Translations under genes and position numbers: made by a program
In this document: in pieces, positions 47,946 to 57,557 of the stretch
Numbering within the stretch: position 1 is the stretch's first letter
How the letters are laid out: every line of letters starts with the position of its first letter
NCBI GenBank assembly: GCA_039815565.1
Contig: JBCBZB010000009.1
Location: 21,461 to 85,460 of the forward strand
Reading direction: 5' to 3'
Length of the DNA: 64,000 bases
Source of the DNA: Planctomycetota bacterium
Lineage (GTDB): Bacteria; Planctomycetota; UBA1135; UBA2386
The notes under the pieces: generated by a model
What the model saw: the letters and a program-made list of their open reading frames with translations, nothing else
Told to the model about the DNA's origin: nothing
The model's database searches: none

Positions 47946-49150
47946 CTCGCTTCGAACACATCGATGCACTTCGCGGGTTCGCCCTGTTCGGCATCCTGTT
48001 CGGCAACGCGACCTGGTTTTCAGGCACGGCGGTCATGCCCCCGGACGATCGAGCGGCCCTCGGCACGATCGAAGTCGACAACTGGACGCGCTGGCTCGTT
48101 CACACGTTCGTGGACGGGAAGTTCTACTCCCTGTTCTCGCTCCTGTTCGGCGTTGGGTTCGCCCTCGTCATGCAGAGAGACAGCAGCGCCGGCGGGCGCT
48201 TCCGACGTCGGATGATCGTTCTGTTGGCGATCGGCGCCCTCCACGCGTCGCTTCTCTGGTTTGGCGACATCGTCAGCCTCTACGCGGTCACAGGTCTCCT
48301 TCTGCCCCGGTGTTGGCGCATGTCCGATCGCGCGATGCTTCGTTGTTCGATCGCACTGATGCTGGCTCCGGTCCCGATCAGCCTCGCGGTCCTCGCTCTC
48401 CGCGACCCCACCACGACCTACGGAGCTGAGCACGGACCGCAGTCCTTGATTCCTGCCTTCGCAACTGGCACCTACCCGGAACTCGTGCGAGCGAACTGGG
48501 CCTTCCTCGTCGAGCGCTGGGTCCTCGCGCTCGAATCCGGCCGCTTCTGCAAGTTGCTCGGACTCTTCCTCTTGGGAGCGTGGCTCGTCCGTCGTGGCGT
48601 CGCGACCGATCCGGGGGCACACCGCGACTTCCTGGCACGAATGTGCCGAGTCAGCCTCGTCGTCGCGATCCCATCCAACCTCGCGCTGGCCTGGTTCCTG
48701 ACTAACGTCCCAGCCCACCCACCGTCGCTCCTGGGCTGCGCTCGGACCGCCACCTACGCCCTCGCAGCCCCATCGATGTGCTTCGTCTACGCGAGCACCC
48801 TATCGCTGTGCTGGCGAAAGGACTCAGCCCTGCGTCGGGCGTTCGCAGCCGCGGGCCGAATGTCTCTGACCCACTACGTCACCCAATCGATCGTCGGCGC
48901 GACGGTGTTCTACGGGGTTGGACTCGGCCTATGGGGTCGCTGGGGTGACGCCTCGGTCGCCGTGATCCTTCCGGCGTTGTTCGCGATCCAAACCGGGATC
49001 GGAGTGGTATGGCTGCACGCGGCTCGATCCGGCCCGCTCGAGAGGATGGTTCGGAGGATGAGTCCGTTGACGACGAACGGCTGCCGGCTGAAGAACGCTT
49101 CGGAAGCTCTCGAGCGCGACGACGCAACCTACAGCTCAGAGCTTTCCTGA
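47942..49150 (+). CDS. DUF418 (YeiB-like) membrane protein
   Basis: IDALRGFALFGIL, GKFYSLFSLLFGVGF, GRMSLTHYVTQS, GPLE; ATGA overlap with MFS. Confidence 0.9.
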   Translation: MTRFEHIDALRGFALFGILFGNATWFSGTAVMPPDDRAALGTIEVDNWTRWLVHTFVDGKFYSLFSLLFGVGFALVMQRDSSAGGRFRRRMIVLLAIGALHASLLWFGDIVSLYAVTGLLLPRCWRMSDRAMLRCSIALMLAPVPISLAVLALRDPTTTYGAEHGPQSLIPAFATGTYPELVRANWAFLVERWVLALESGRFCKLLGLFLLGAWLVRRGVATDPGAHRDFLARMCRVSLVVAIPSNLALAWFLTNVPAHPPSLLGCARTATYALAAPSMCFVYASTLSLCWRKDSALRRAFAAAGRMSLTHYVTQSIVGATVFYGVGLGLWGRWGDASVAVILPALFAIQTGIGVVWLHAARSGPLERMVRRMSPLTTNGCRLKNASEALERDDATYSSELS

Positions 49151-49180
49151 CCGCAGGCGCCGATCCTCGACAACTCGAGG

Positions 49181-49531
49181 TCAGAGATACTTGAGGTCGT
49201 CCTGGAGCTCGAGCCCCTGGCGCTTGGGAAGCCGGAAGTACCACCACTCGCGTTCGCTAGTCCAACCGTGTTTCGCTGCGTTCGGTTCGCCCCAAACGCA
49301 CTCGGAGACCTCCTCGGTCCGCTGTCGCACACCATCGTCGAGACGGGCCAGCTCTCGCTGCTGCGATTCGCCGAGCTCGTCGCCGCGACGCTCCAGCAAG
49401 GCGCGCAGGTCCAGATCGTCGAGGTAGCTATCGAGGCCGAACGGATACTCCCCGATCAGGGAGATCGCGAAGCGCTCCCACTGGTAGAGCAGCTCGTCGA
49501 TCGACTTCTGCTCCCCCGGTGCCGTACTCAT
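49181..49531 (-). CDS. Small acidic hypothetical protein, putative immunity protein
   Basis: 116 aa, acidic, C-terminal WWYFRLP; ATGA overlap with upstream toxin-like gene. Confidence 0.6.
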   Translation of the reverse strand: MSTAPGEQKSIDELLYQWERFAISLIGEYPFGLDSYLDDLDLRALLERRGDELGESQQRELARLDDGVRQRTEEVSECVWGEPNAAKHGWTSEREWWYFRLPKRQGLELQDDLKYL

Positions 49532-49986
49532 CGATCCGCCTGCCTGCGGAAGTAGTTCTCGCCATCATTCGGCCGGAAGAAGGTCCGGATCGACTTGTCG
49601 GCGTGGAACGCGACAAAGGCTCCCGTTCGCCGATCGAATCGGGTCACGACTCCATCTCGTCGTCGAATCTCCAACACGTCGTCCGACAGTGGCGCATCTC
49701 GAAGTGCCTTGGCGCGCTCGAGATACTCGTCGGCGTCGATCGAACCGAACTCGGTTCCGTGCTTCTCGAAGTGCGAGCGCCACGACCGCTCGGACGTGAA
49801 CCCGACCGGGCTCGTGGACGAGGGAGCCTGTGCTCCATCGCCGGATGACTCCCGGTCCTCGAGCTGAGTCCCCAATCCGCCGCCACCATTCGAATCGTCT
49901 TGGCTTCCCGGCAAATCCGAGAAGAAGAACGCCGCAATGGCCGCGAGGATCAGCCCGCCGAAAGAGAGCCCGGTCTTCTGCTTCAT
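49528..49986 (-). CDS. Membrane-anchored protein with RNase-toxin-like domain
   Basis: N-terminal hydrophobic anchor, G/S linker, then HFEKHGTEF..Y...IRTFFRP..YF. Confidence 0.65.
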   Translation of the reverse strand: MKQKTGLSFGGLILAAIAAFFFSDLPGSQDDSNGGGGLGTQLEDRESSGDGAQAPSSTSPVGFTSERSWRSHFEKHGTEFGSIDADEYLERAKALRDAPLSDDVLEIRRRDGVVTRFDRRTGAFVAFHADKSIRTFFRPNDGENYFRRQADR

Positions 49987-49992
49987 GACCGG

Positions 49993-49998
49993 AGCCTA
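49993..49998 (-). promoter_or_regulatory. Putative -10 box (TAGGCT), leaderless
   Basis: Exactly 6 nt upstream of ATG 49986. Confidence 0.5.
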
Positions 49999-50162
49999 GT
50001 GTCCGGAGGCTCCGGCGACGAGCGGCCAGATCAAGCGCCCCGAGAAGCGCTCAACGACCGATTTCGTCCGAAACCACTCGCCCGAGGGACAGCTGCCGCG
50101 AGGACCCAACCGCTGGACGACCGGCGAGCCATGAGCCGTGAGCCGTGAGGCTGCCGGTCCGA

Positions 50163-51704
50163 TCAAGGCACGAGCTCCGTCCGGACTGTGGCTCCGAGGA
50201 AGATGTCGACGTCACCGCGACCGTCGAGACGGGCGAAGGCGCCCTGTGCCAGTAGATGAACTCCGACCAACGCCGGATCGTTCGGAATCGCGAACGCAAA
50301 CGCCTCCAACTCCGCGAACTCGTCAAACGCGAACGCCTCCACTGTCAGCGGCGTCTGAAGGCTCGAGACGCCGAGCGGAGTCACGATCGGGTCGAGATCC
50401 GTCGAAACCAAGAGCGCACCGAAGCCTGAGCCGTTCGTCGACGGATCGTCGAGGAGGGTCATGGTGACTAGGTACTGGTCGCCGATCGGGAGGAACTGCG
50501 AAGCGACGACATCGGAGTTCTGGTTGATCGTCGGGATGCGACCGGTGAGCACGTCCTGGTCCCCATCCGAGTCTAGGTCGAGAATCGAGACCGCACGCAG
50601 ACGAACGTCGGATCGCAGAACGACCCCGTTTGGATCGAAGACTCCGCCACCGAGGTTCTCGTGATACTTCAGCTGATTCGCGGACACCAGTAGATCGAGA
50701 TCGCCATCCTGGTCGAAGTCGACGAACTCCGGACCGAGAAGGAATTGATTGTTCGACGGAATCAGCGGCGCCGGCAAGGGAGTGAACACACCGTCGCCTC
50801 GGTTCTCGAACACTTCCAGTCGGAACGGCAACGAGCCGATGTTTCGTCCGACGCGATCGAGGTCACCGTCTCCATCGACATCAACGAACCGTGAGATCTC
50901 CTCGACCGATCCGTCGCCCGAGTTCACCCCCTGACGGGGCACCATCAAGGTCTGACGGCGGAGGAAGGACCCCGTCCCATCGTTGACTCCGACAGCGATG
51001 CGAGTGATCGCGTTTCGGCCCGGCTGAAAGAACGCTGGTTCCTTCACCCGATCCAAGTCGCCATCTCCGTCGACGTCGACGAGCCCGATGTATCCTGGAA
51101 CATCCGAACGGTACTCGAACGCACCGACGATCTCGGACAACGAGCCCGAACCGTCGTTCCTGAGCGCAATGTCAGGAATCTGCGGCAGCGGCCCTCCGTA
51201 TTGGAACGAGATGACAAAGTCAGGATCGCCATCTGCATCGAGATCCCCCGCAGCCAAGCCGAAAGGAATCCCGGGAAGCGCGATCGATCCTTGTGTACCG
51301 AGCAGAGGAGACACCCAGTAGAGGTTCGGAGACGATTCCGGACCCGGCAACAGATCGAAGAAGACGATCTCGTCCAAGCCGTCCGAGTCCAAATCCGCAG
51401 CAACCGCGGGCTCGAGCCTCGGCAGCACCGCAAGGGTCGGACCAGCGACGTTCGTGAACTCTCGAGAAACGCCCTGGAGCGCGACGCTCCATCCCGACCC
51501 ATCGAAGTAGCCAAGATCCGTGCGGGAGTCGCCGTCATAGTCACCCGCAACCACACCAGGTGCAAAGCCGGTCGTGTTCGCTCCACCTCGGAAGTAGTTG
51601 ACGAACTCATTGCGGAACTGATCCGGGCCTTGGGCGGCGAGGCCCGCGTGTAGACCGGCTGCAAAAAGAGATGCTAGAACGAGCGACGAAGCCTTCGGGG
51701 TCAT
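50163..51704 (-). CDS. Secreted FG-GAP/VCBS repeat protein
   Basis: Signal peptide; seven DxDxDGxxD-type repeats; C-terminal IPNDPALVG..LAQ domain. Confidence 0.85.
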   Translation of the reverse strand: MTPKASSLVLASLFAAGLHAGLAAQGPDQFRNEFVNYFRGGANTTGFAPGVVAGDYDGDSRTDLGYFDGSGWSVALQGVSREFTNVAGPTLAVLPRLEPAVAADLDSDGLDEIVFFDLLPGPESSPNLYWVSPLLGTQGSIALPGIPFGLAAGDLDADGDPDFVISFQYGGPLPQIPDIALRNDGSGSLSEIVGAFEYRSDVPGYIGLVDVDGDGDLDRVKEPAFFQPGRNAITRIAVGVNDGTGSFLRRQTLMVPRQGVNSGDGSVEEISRFVDVDGDGDLDRVGRNIGSLPFRLEVFENRGDGVFTPLPAPLIPSNNQFLLGPEFVDFDQDGDLDLLVSANQLKYHENLGGGVFDPNGVVLRSDVRLRAVSILDLDSDGDQDVLTGRIPTINQNSDVVASQFLPIGDQYLVTMTLLDDPSTNGSGFGALLVSTDLDPIVTPLGVSSLQTPLTVEAFAFDEFAELEAFAFAIPNDPALVGVHLLAQGAFARLDGRGDVDIFLGATVRTELVP

Positions 51705-51892
51705 GAGCAGCTTTCCTCCTTGACTCGTTCAAGAACGAACCCGCCGCACATCACCGCGGCGAACGAACGACACCGAACGCGAAGCGGGCCCTCCAGCGAA
51801 ACGACTGTCGTCGCCGACTCTCTCGGCCCGACACCGTCAACCTACCCCCCGATTGGGAGCGAGCAACCCCCTCCACCTCGGCCGAGTGCTGC

Positions 51893-53206
51893 TCACAAGC
51901 CCGGCATCGGAATCGGATCGACTGGCAAGGCCTGATCGAACTCGTAAGTCTCCGGCCCGAGGCGCGCGCTCTGCAGCGCCTGATCGCGGCTAATCACTTT
52001 CCCGGAGTAGGTCGCCATGCGCCCCATGATCGCGGTCAGTGTGCTCTCGGCCCCGTATTCGGCCTCGTTGTATTCCGTGCCGTTGCGGATCGCGGCGAAC
52101 AGGTCATCGTGCTCGACCTGGTAGGGGTTGTTGTCCCCCTCGTTGAACGACCAGTTCCAGCCGTCGTAACGCTCGAAGCGGAACGGGCCGCCAAGGTCGG
52201 CTCGACCCTCGGACCCGATCAAGTGCTCCGAGACCTTCGACGGGCAACCAGCTTGCTGGCGGCACATCGAGAAGAGGGTCGTGCCGTCCGCGTAGCGGTA
52301 GTGCACCGAGTGGTGGTCAAAGATGTGACCAAAGACCGGGTCGGTCCGAACCTGACGCCCACCGGCGCCGAAGCACTCGACCGGCATCTCACCCTTCGCC
52401 CAGTTCGCGACGTCCAGGTTGTGGATGTGCTGCTCGACGATGTGGTCACCGCTGAGCCAGGCGAAGTAGAGCCAGTTGCGAAGCTGCCATTCGATGTCGG
52501 TGTGCTCCGGCTTGCGAGCGACCGACCAGAGCGCACCCATGTTCCAGTAGACGTGCATCGCGACGATACGACCGATGCCGCCCGCGGCGATCTGTTCCAT
52601 GCAGGCGCGATAGCTCTTCTGGTGGTGACGCTGGAGACCGACACCGACCTTCAAGGACTTGGCCTTCGCCTCGCCCGCAGCCTTCAAGACCTGGCGGATA
52701 CCGAACCCGTCGACGGCGACCGGCTTCTCCATGAACACGTGCTTGCCAGCCTTCACCGCGGCTTCGAAGTGCGCCGGACGGAAGTGCGGCGGCGTCGCTA
52801 GCAAGACGACATCGACGTCGGCCTTCTCGATCAGTTCGAGATAGGCGTTCGCACCGACATAGCGTCGCTCGACCGGGACATCGACCCGCTCCTTCAAGCG
52901 GTCCTCGTTGGAGATCGAGTTCAGCGAACCGTTCAGCCGGTCCTCGAACATGTCGGCCATCGCGACGAGGCGAATCGGCCCCTTGGTCGAGAGGGCCTGG
53001 TAGGCCGCCCCGGTGCCGCGACCGCCGCAGCCGACGAGACCGATCCGGAGTTCATCGAGACGTGGGCCAGATCGCCCGCTCGTGGCCGCGGGCAAGGCCG
53101 CCGCAGCACCGAGCGCCGCCGTCGAACCGAGGAATCCGCGACGAGAGAGGTCGCGCGAGCCGCCGGTGGAGATCCCACCGGAAGAGCTGGAGGAAGAGCG
53201 AGCCAT
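51893..53206 (-). CDS. Tat-exported Gfo/Idh/MocA family oxidoreductase (paralogue of 1759-3030)
   Basis: SRRGFL; IGLVGCGGRG, MEKP, GDHIVEQHIHNLD. Confidence 0.92.
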   Translation of the reverse strand: MARSSSSSSGGISTGGSRDLSRRGFLGSTAALGAAAALPAATSGRSGPRLDELRIGLVGCGGRGTGAAYQALSTKGPIRLVAMADMFEDRLNGSLNSISNEDRLKERVDVPVERRYVGANAYLELIEKADVDVVLLATPPHFRPAHFEAAVKAGKHVFMEKPVAVDGFGIRQVLKAAGEAKAKSLKVGVGLQRHHQKSYRACMEQIAAGGIGRIVAMHVYWNMGALWSVARKPEHTDIEWQLRNWLYFAWLSGDHIVEQHIHNLDVANWAKGEMPVECFGAGGRQVRTDPVFGHIFDHHSVHYRYADGTTLFSMCRQQAGCPSKVSEHLIGSEGRADLGGPFRFERYDGWNWSFNEGDNNPYQVEHDDLFAAIRNGTEYNEAEYGAESTLTAIMGRMATYSGKVISRDQALQSARLGPETYEFDQALPVDPIPMPGL

Positions 53207-53212
53207 GGCGCA

Positions 53213-53218
53213 ATCCTA
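53213..53218 (-). promoter_or_regulatory. Putative -10 box (TAGGAT), leaderless
   Basis: Exactly 6 nt upstream of ATG 53206. Confidence 0.5.
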
Positions 53219-53260
53219 GCGTGACGACGCAGGCGATCGACGCCCGGCTCTCAGACCGTC

Positions 53261-55879
53261 TCAGCCTTCGACGGATTGCCCGCCGCTGCGCGTCGAAAGC
53301 TCGTCGAGGAACCACCGAGCGCGCTTGGAGCCATCGATCACGATCGTGTGAATCCGCACGAACAGAGAGGCGTTGACTCGATCGGTGATCCGGAGGATGC
53401 GATCGAGATCGACGAGGCGACCGACCGAGGGCCCGCCATCGGACAGCAGGTAGACGGCCTCCACACCCTCGAGAAGCAAAGCAGACTCGAGTCCGTCGAA
53501 CAGATTCGTCCATCCCCGGGTCGTCAGCCCTTCGATCCAGCGTACCGCCTCTTCGACCTTGGCGGGACTGGCTTCGACGAGCATCTCCGAGAACCGATCG
53601 ACCTCCGTACCGAAGCCGACCAACGAGAATTGCTGGTCCTCACGGAGCGAGCGCAGCACGTCGATCAACTCGGCCTTCGCCCGCTCGAGCCTGGTCACCT
53701 CCCCGGCCTTGGTCCGCATGCTGCCGGAGAGGTCGATCACGAACGCGAACTTGTTCGCGGTGATGGGGATCCCGTGGTAGGCGGTGACGGTTCGGTCCTC
53801 AGTCGACCCGCTATCATCCGAACCTGCAGGACCTTGGAAGTCGAAATTCGCCCCAACGAGGTCCCACCAGCGACTCCAGCTCTCCGCATCGGCACCGCGA
53901 TCGTTGCCCGTCATCGCGACCAGTACGTTTCGCAAGTCGTCACGAGCCGTTCCGGTCTCGTCCTTCATCCGAGCGATCAAGATGGAGACGTTCTCTCGAG
54001 TCTTCTCCCGGCCAAGAGCCCGATACGCGGCCACCCGCACGGGCCGAGAGGGGTTTCGAATCCCCTCGACGAGTCTCTCGCGAAAATTCGCGTCACCGTT
54101 CGCTCCAACATCCAGAGACGCGAGACCGGCGACCAGCACTGCTGGTTTCGGGTGTTCGGCGAGAGCCAAGTAATTCACGCCCGGGTAATCGGCTCGAGCG
54201 GAGACCACGTAGGCCGCAGAGCCGGCGGCAAAGTTCTCCCCATCGGCGATCACGGCCCAAAGCGCTGCATCCAACTGCTCGGAGCTGAGACCAGTCAGAG
54301 ATTCATCCACCCTGTAGTAGGGCCGGTTCCAGTAGTAGTAGCGACACCCGAGCAAGGCGGAGATCGCGCACAGGATGTCCTCGTCATCCGCGGCCGCGAC
54401 CAGGACGTCTAGTCGACCAGAACCCGCGAACGCCTCGATACTCGACAACCTCACGACTGGCAGCTCGCTCCCGAGCCCGCGCTTGTGAAGGACCGAAAGC
54501 GCCGAGTCGGAACGGAACCCGTGGGCCGTATCGCCGAACGCCGTGCGGACGAACGCCTGTGCGTTGAGACCGGACGCATCCTCCAGTAGGTCGAACATCG
54601 CTTCCGCGGCATCTTCCGACTGCAGCTCGACGGCCCTCCTGAACACGCGCTGCATCGGGCTTGGTGACTCGAACTCCGTGAGACGCTTCCGCAGGGCTTT
54701 CAGGAACTGCGTCTCGGACACCGCTCCGAGCGCATCGATTCCTAGCGCTGCCTCGCCTTCGCGACTCTCGCTTCCAGGATCGGTGAAGCTCGTCACCATC
54801 GAGGCCAGGTTCTTCGATCCCGCGACCTCGTGGGGCTGCATGTCCGCCAGAGCCTCGAGAACGGCACGTCGGCTGGGATCGTTCTTCAGCAGTCGTCGCA
54901 GGGCCTTCTCAGCCGCTCGCTGCTGCTTTCCGCCTGCCGCCACAACTCGACACAGAGCACCGGTGAAGACCTTCTTCTCCGCGGGCTTAGAGGCGTTCTC
55001 GACGCGCTTCTCCAGCGCGAGGACATCGAGGGAATCGAGCGGTCTCAGCCCGACCAACCTCGAACCACGACGCGCGCGGGCGCTCCCTCCGTCAAGTTCC
55101 TGTTCGACGAAGCCACTCGCCACCTCGGACTCCGCCATGGCGACCAGGTAGCTGAGCAACCGGTCACGCTCAGGTCCGGCCCGCATGTCGGCAACATGTT
55201 GCGCGAGGAGGCCTCGATCTTGGTCGCTTCCGTTCGCCAGAGCCCGTGCGCCGAGAGATCGAGCCGCCACATCGCTCCCCGAGCGCAGGAGCTCGGTCGC
55301 CTCCGCCACGTCGGCAGCGGCCGGCCAGTCGGACCCGAGCGGCTCGAGCCGGATCCGGTCAAAGAACGCGTCACAAAACTCTCCCCTTCGGCGCTCGGCA
55401 CTCACGACGACCCAGACCGAGGTCGCTTTCTTGGGCACCGCGACCGGCAGAGACAGCTCCGTCCACGACTTCTCGGTCGAGCGGACGGCACTCTGACGAA
55501 GGAGATTTCCCGAGCGGTCCACGAACCGAAGTCGAAGTTCGGCCGTGTCCTGGCCGTCCGGAACTGCGACCAAGGCGGACAGGATCAGATAGGGCGGGGC
55601 ATCCCGATCCAGATCCTCGAAGTCCACGCGCTGCCGCAGTTCCCCCGCCGCGGCCTCGTCGTCCAGGCGCAAAAACCAGTCACCGTCTCTCGCCTCCCGG
55701 CCGCCGAAGCGGCCGGATTCAGCGACGAAGGCTGCGTTGCCGCGCTTCCAGCCGTCGAACGCGTTCTTCACAGGGGTTTCGCTGCCTCCGTCTCGGAGCA
55801 GGGAACGATCCGGGCCGGTGACCGGAGGCTCGGCGGGAGCCCCACCGATCACAGCCAGGAGTGCGAGAGTCTGGATCAT
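53261..55879 (-). CDS. Secreted CBM-like + HEAT repeat + VWA domain protein
   Basis: Signal peptide; beta-sandwich ending AFFDRIRL; HEAT-like helices; MIDAS DLSGSM, TNL, LLSDG. Confidence 0.85.
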   Translation of the reverse strand: MIQTLALLAVIGGAPAEPPVTGPDRSLLRDGGSETPVKNAFDGWKRGNAAFVAESGRFGGREARDGDWFLRLDDEAAAGELRQRVDFEDLDRDAPPYLILSALVAVPDGQDTAELRLRFVDRSGNLLRQSAVRSTEKSWTELSLPVAVPKKATSVWVVVSAERRRGEFCDAFFDRIRLEPLGSDWPAAADVAEATELLRSGSDVAARSLGARALANGSDQDRGLLAQHVADMRAGPERDRLLSYLVAMAESEVASGFVEQELDGGSARARRGSRLVGLRPLDSLDVLALEKRVENASKPAEKKVFTGALCRVVAAGGKQQRAAEKALRRLLKNDPSRRAVLEALADMQPHEVAGSKNLASMVTSFTDPGSESREGEAALGIDALGAVSETQFLKALRKRLTEFESPSPMQRVFRRAVELQSEDAAEAMFDLLEDASGLNAQAFVRTAFGDTAHGFRSDSALSVLHKRGLGSELPVVRLSSIEAFAGSGRLDVLVAAADDEDILCAISALLGCRYYYWNRPYYRVDESLTGLSSEQLDAALWAVIADGENFAAGSAAYVVSARADYPGVNYLALAEHPKPAVLVAGLASLDVGANGDANFRERLVEGIRNPSRPVRVAAYRALGREKTRENVSILIARMKDETGTARDDLRNVLVAMTGNDRGADAESWSRWWDLVGANFDFQGPAGSDDSGSTEDRTVTAYHGIPITANKFAFVIDLSGSMRTKAGEVTRLERAKAELIDVLRSLREDQQFSLVGFGTEVDRFSEMLVEASPAKVEEAVRWIEGLTTRGWTNLFDGLESALLLEGVEAVYLLSDGGPSVGRLVDLDRILRITDRVNASLFVRIHTIVIDGSKRARWFLDELSTRSGGQSVEG

Positions 55880-56301
55880 GGTTCGTTCCTGGGTTGGTCC
55901 GAGTGCTCGGACGAGTCAGAGTCCTGGGCGTTCGCAGCATCGATTCCCGGGCAGAAGCGCATCGCTTCAGCGAGAACGGACGGATCGTCGCGAAGCTCCG
56001 GCCAGAACGGCCAGGTCCGACAACGCTCGGGTCGGACCGGATGAATGCGGCAGGTCGTGCGCAAAGAGCTTCCGTCGAGAGTCGACTCGAGGAACGTGCA
56101 GGCGCCGCCCGGTTGCGAGGTCAGCCGGGTGCCGGTCGGATCGAAGTGCCGCGCCCAGACCTCAACCTCGGTGATCCCCAGGAACTCGGCGATCTGCAGC
56201 CGTTTCTCCGGCCCGACGCGCACGACACCGCCAGGCCGAGAACAGCAGTTCCCGCTGCGCCGACACCGAAACCGGAACGGGTAGTCGTCTCTCGACTCCA
56301 T
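55876..56301 (-). CDS. YkgJ family cysteine cluster protein
   Basis: CRRSGNCC, CTFL, CRIHPVRPERCRTWPFW, CPG. Confidence 0.9.
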   Translation of the reverse strand: MESRDDYPFRFRCRRSGNCCSRPGGVVRVGPEKRLQIAEFLGITEVEVWARHFDPTGTRLTSQPGGACTFLESTLDGSSLRTTCRIHPVRPERCRTWPFWPELRDDPSVLAEAMRFCPGIDAANAQDSDSSEHSDQPRNEP

Positions 56302-56310
56302 CGATTGCCC

Positions 56311-57444
56311 TCAGCGCCGGCGCCGACGACGGTTGCCCATCGTACGCGACGCGCGACGCTCACCGAGTCGGGACAGCCCGGTCGAACCCTGCTCGTCCTC
56401 TCGTTCCCGCTCCCGCTGACTGAGGAACTTGTCGATCGCTGTCGCGAGCTCCGCGGGGTCCTGGAACCGAATCTCCCGCTCCTTCGCCATCATCTTCTCG
56501 ATGAAGTAGTGAAGCTGCGGAGACAGATCGAGTTCGCGGATTCGCTCGCCACTCAAGGATTCGAGCACTTGCTTGCGAAGTACGTCGTCGCTGGTGGACC
56601 CGGAGAACGGCAGCGAACCCGTCACGAGGTGGTAGAGCGTCGCACCCAACGAGTAGATGTCGGCCCGAACATCGAGCTCGCCGTCCGCTCGAGCCTGCTC
56701 CGGCGAGATGTAGTGCACGGTCCCCGCCGTCGTCTCGGAGTCGTCGCCGACCCCCGAACTCATCGCAAACCCGAGATCGATCAGTACCGCCCGCCCAGGC
56801 CCGTCCTCGTCCGGGGCGACCCACATCACGTTCGCCGGCTTCACGTCGCGGTGAACGAGCCCACTCGCTCGGAGGTGCTCGAGAGCGAGGGCCATCTCCC
56901 GCACGATCCGGAGAGCCTGCTCTTCGTCGAGACGACCCTCACGCTCGATCGTCTCCTGGAGGCACTCGCCGTCGATCCGCTCCATCGCGCAGAAGTAGAC
57001 TGGCCCCGCCGGTGTCTGCTCCTTCGCGACACGGAAGCCACGAACCACGTTCGGGTGGCCTTCCCCGTTCGACAGTTCGATCAGCTGCTTGGCCTCGTGC
57101 ACGAAGGCCTTCAGCGAGCGCGGGTTCTTCGCCAGTTCCGGCTTCAGGATCTTGAGGGCAACGTCCTCGGGATCTCCGTCCGCACGCATTCGGTCCGTCG
57201 CGTGATAGACGAACGCCTGCCCGCCCTCTCCGAGTCGCTCACGGAGCTCGTAGCGCGTGAGGATCGGGCGGGTGTTGCCCTCGGTCGCGATCCAAGCCTC
57301 CAGAGCCGCACGATCGATTCCACAGACGCTGACCAGGTGCTCGAAGGGATCCTCGGCCCTGATTGCCGACTTGGCCGCCTCGGCGGAGACGAGGCCACGA
57401 TGTACGAGCATCGCGAGCGTTTGAGCCGGAACTTTCTGGGTCAT
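56311..57444 (-). CDS. Cytoplasmic Hanks-type Ser/Thr protein kinase
   Basis: GEGGQAFV, VALK, HRDVKPAN, DLG, GTVHYISPEQ, DIYSLG; no TM helix. Confidence 0.93.
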   Translation of the reverse strand: MTQKVPAQTLAMLVHRGLVSAEAAKSAIRAEDPFEHLVSVCGIDRAALEAWIATEGNTRPILTRYELRERLGEGGQAFVYHATDRMRADGDPEDVALKILKPELAKNPRSLKAFVHEAKQLIELSNGEGHPNVVRGFRVAKEQTPAGPVYFCAMERIDGECLQETIEREGRLDEEQALRIVREMALALEHLRASGLVHRDVKPANVMWVAPDEDGPGRAVLIDLGFAMSSGVGDDSETTAGTVHYISPEQARADGELDVRADIYSLGATLYHLVTGSLPFSGSTSDDVLRKQVLESLSGERIRELDLSPQLHYFIEKMMAKEREIRFQDPAELATAIDKFLSQREREREDEQGSTGLSRLGERRASRTMGNRRRRRR

Positions 57445-57557
57445 GGGACTACGGGCGGGCCCCGGATCGTAGCGCTCCTGGGCCCGTTGTCGCGCCTGCC
57501 GCGAGAAGCTCCGAGAGAGCTCGCTGCTGCCCTCAAGAATCCGGCGGCCTCAGGACG

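Noticed and set aside
50131-50150. TGAGCCG short tandem repeat
   Set aside because: Only ~2.5 copies of 7 bp; compatible with chance
1759-53206. Two Gfo/Idh/MocA genes in opposite orientation as ends of an inversion or recent duplication
   Set aside because: The proteins are clearly diverged; consistent with an old paralogous family expansion
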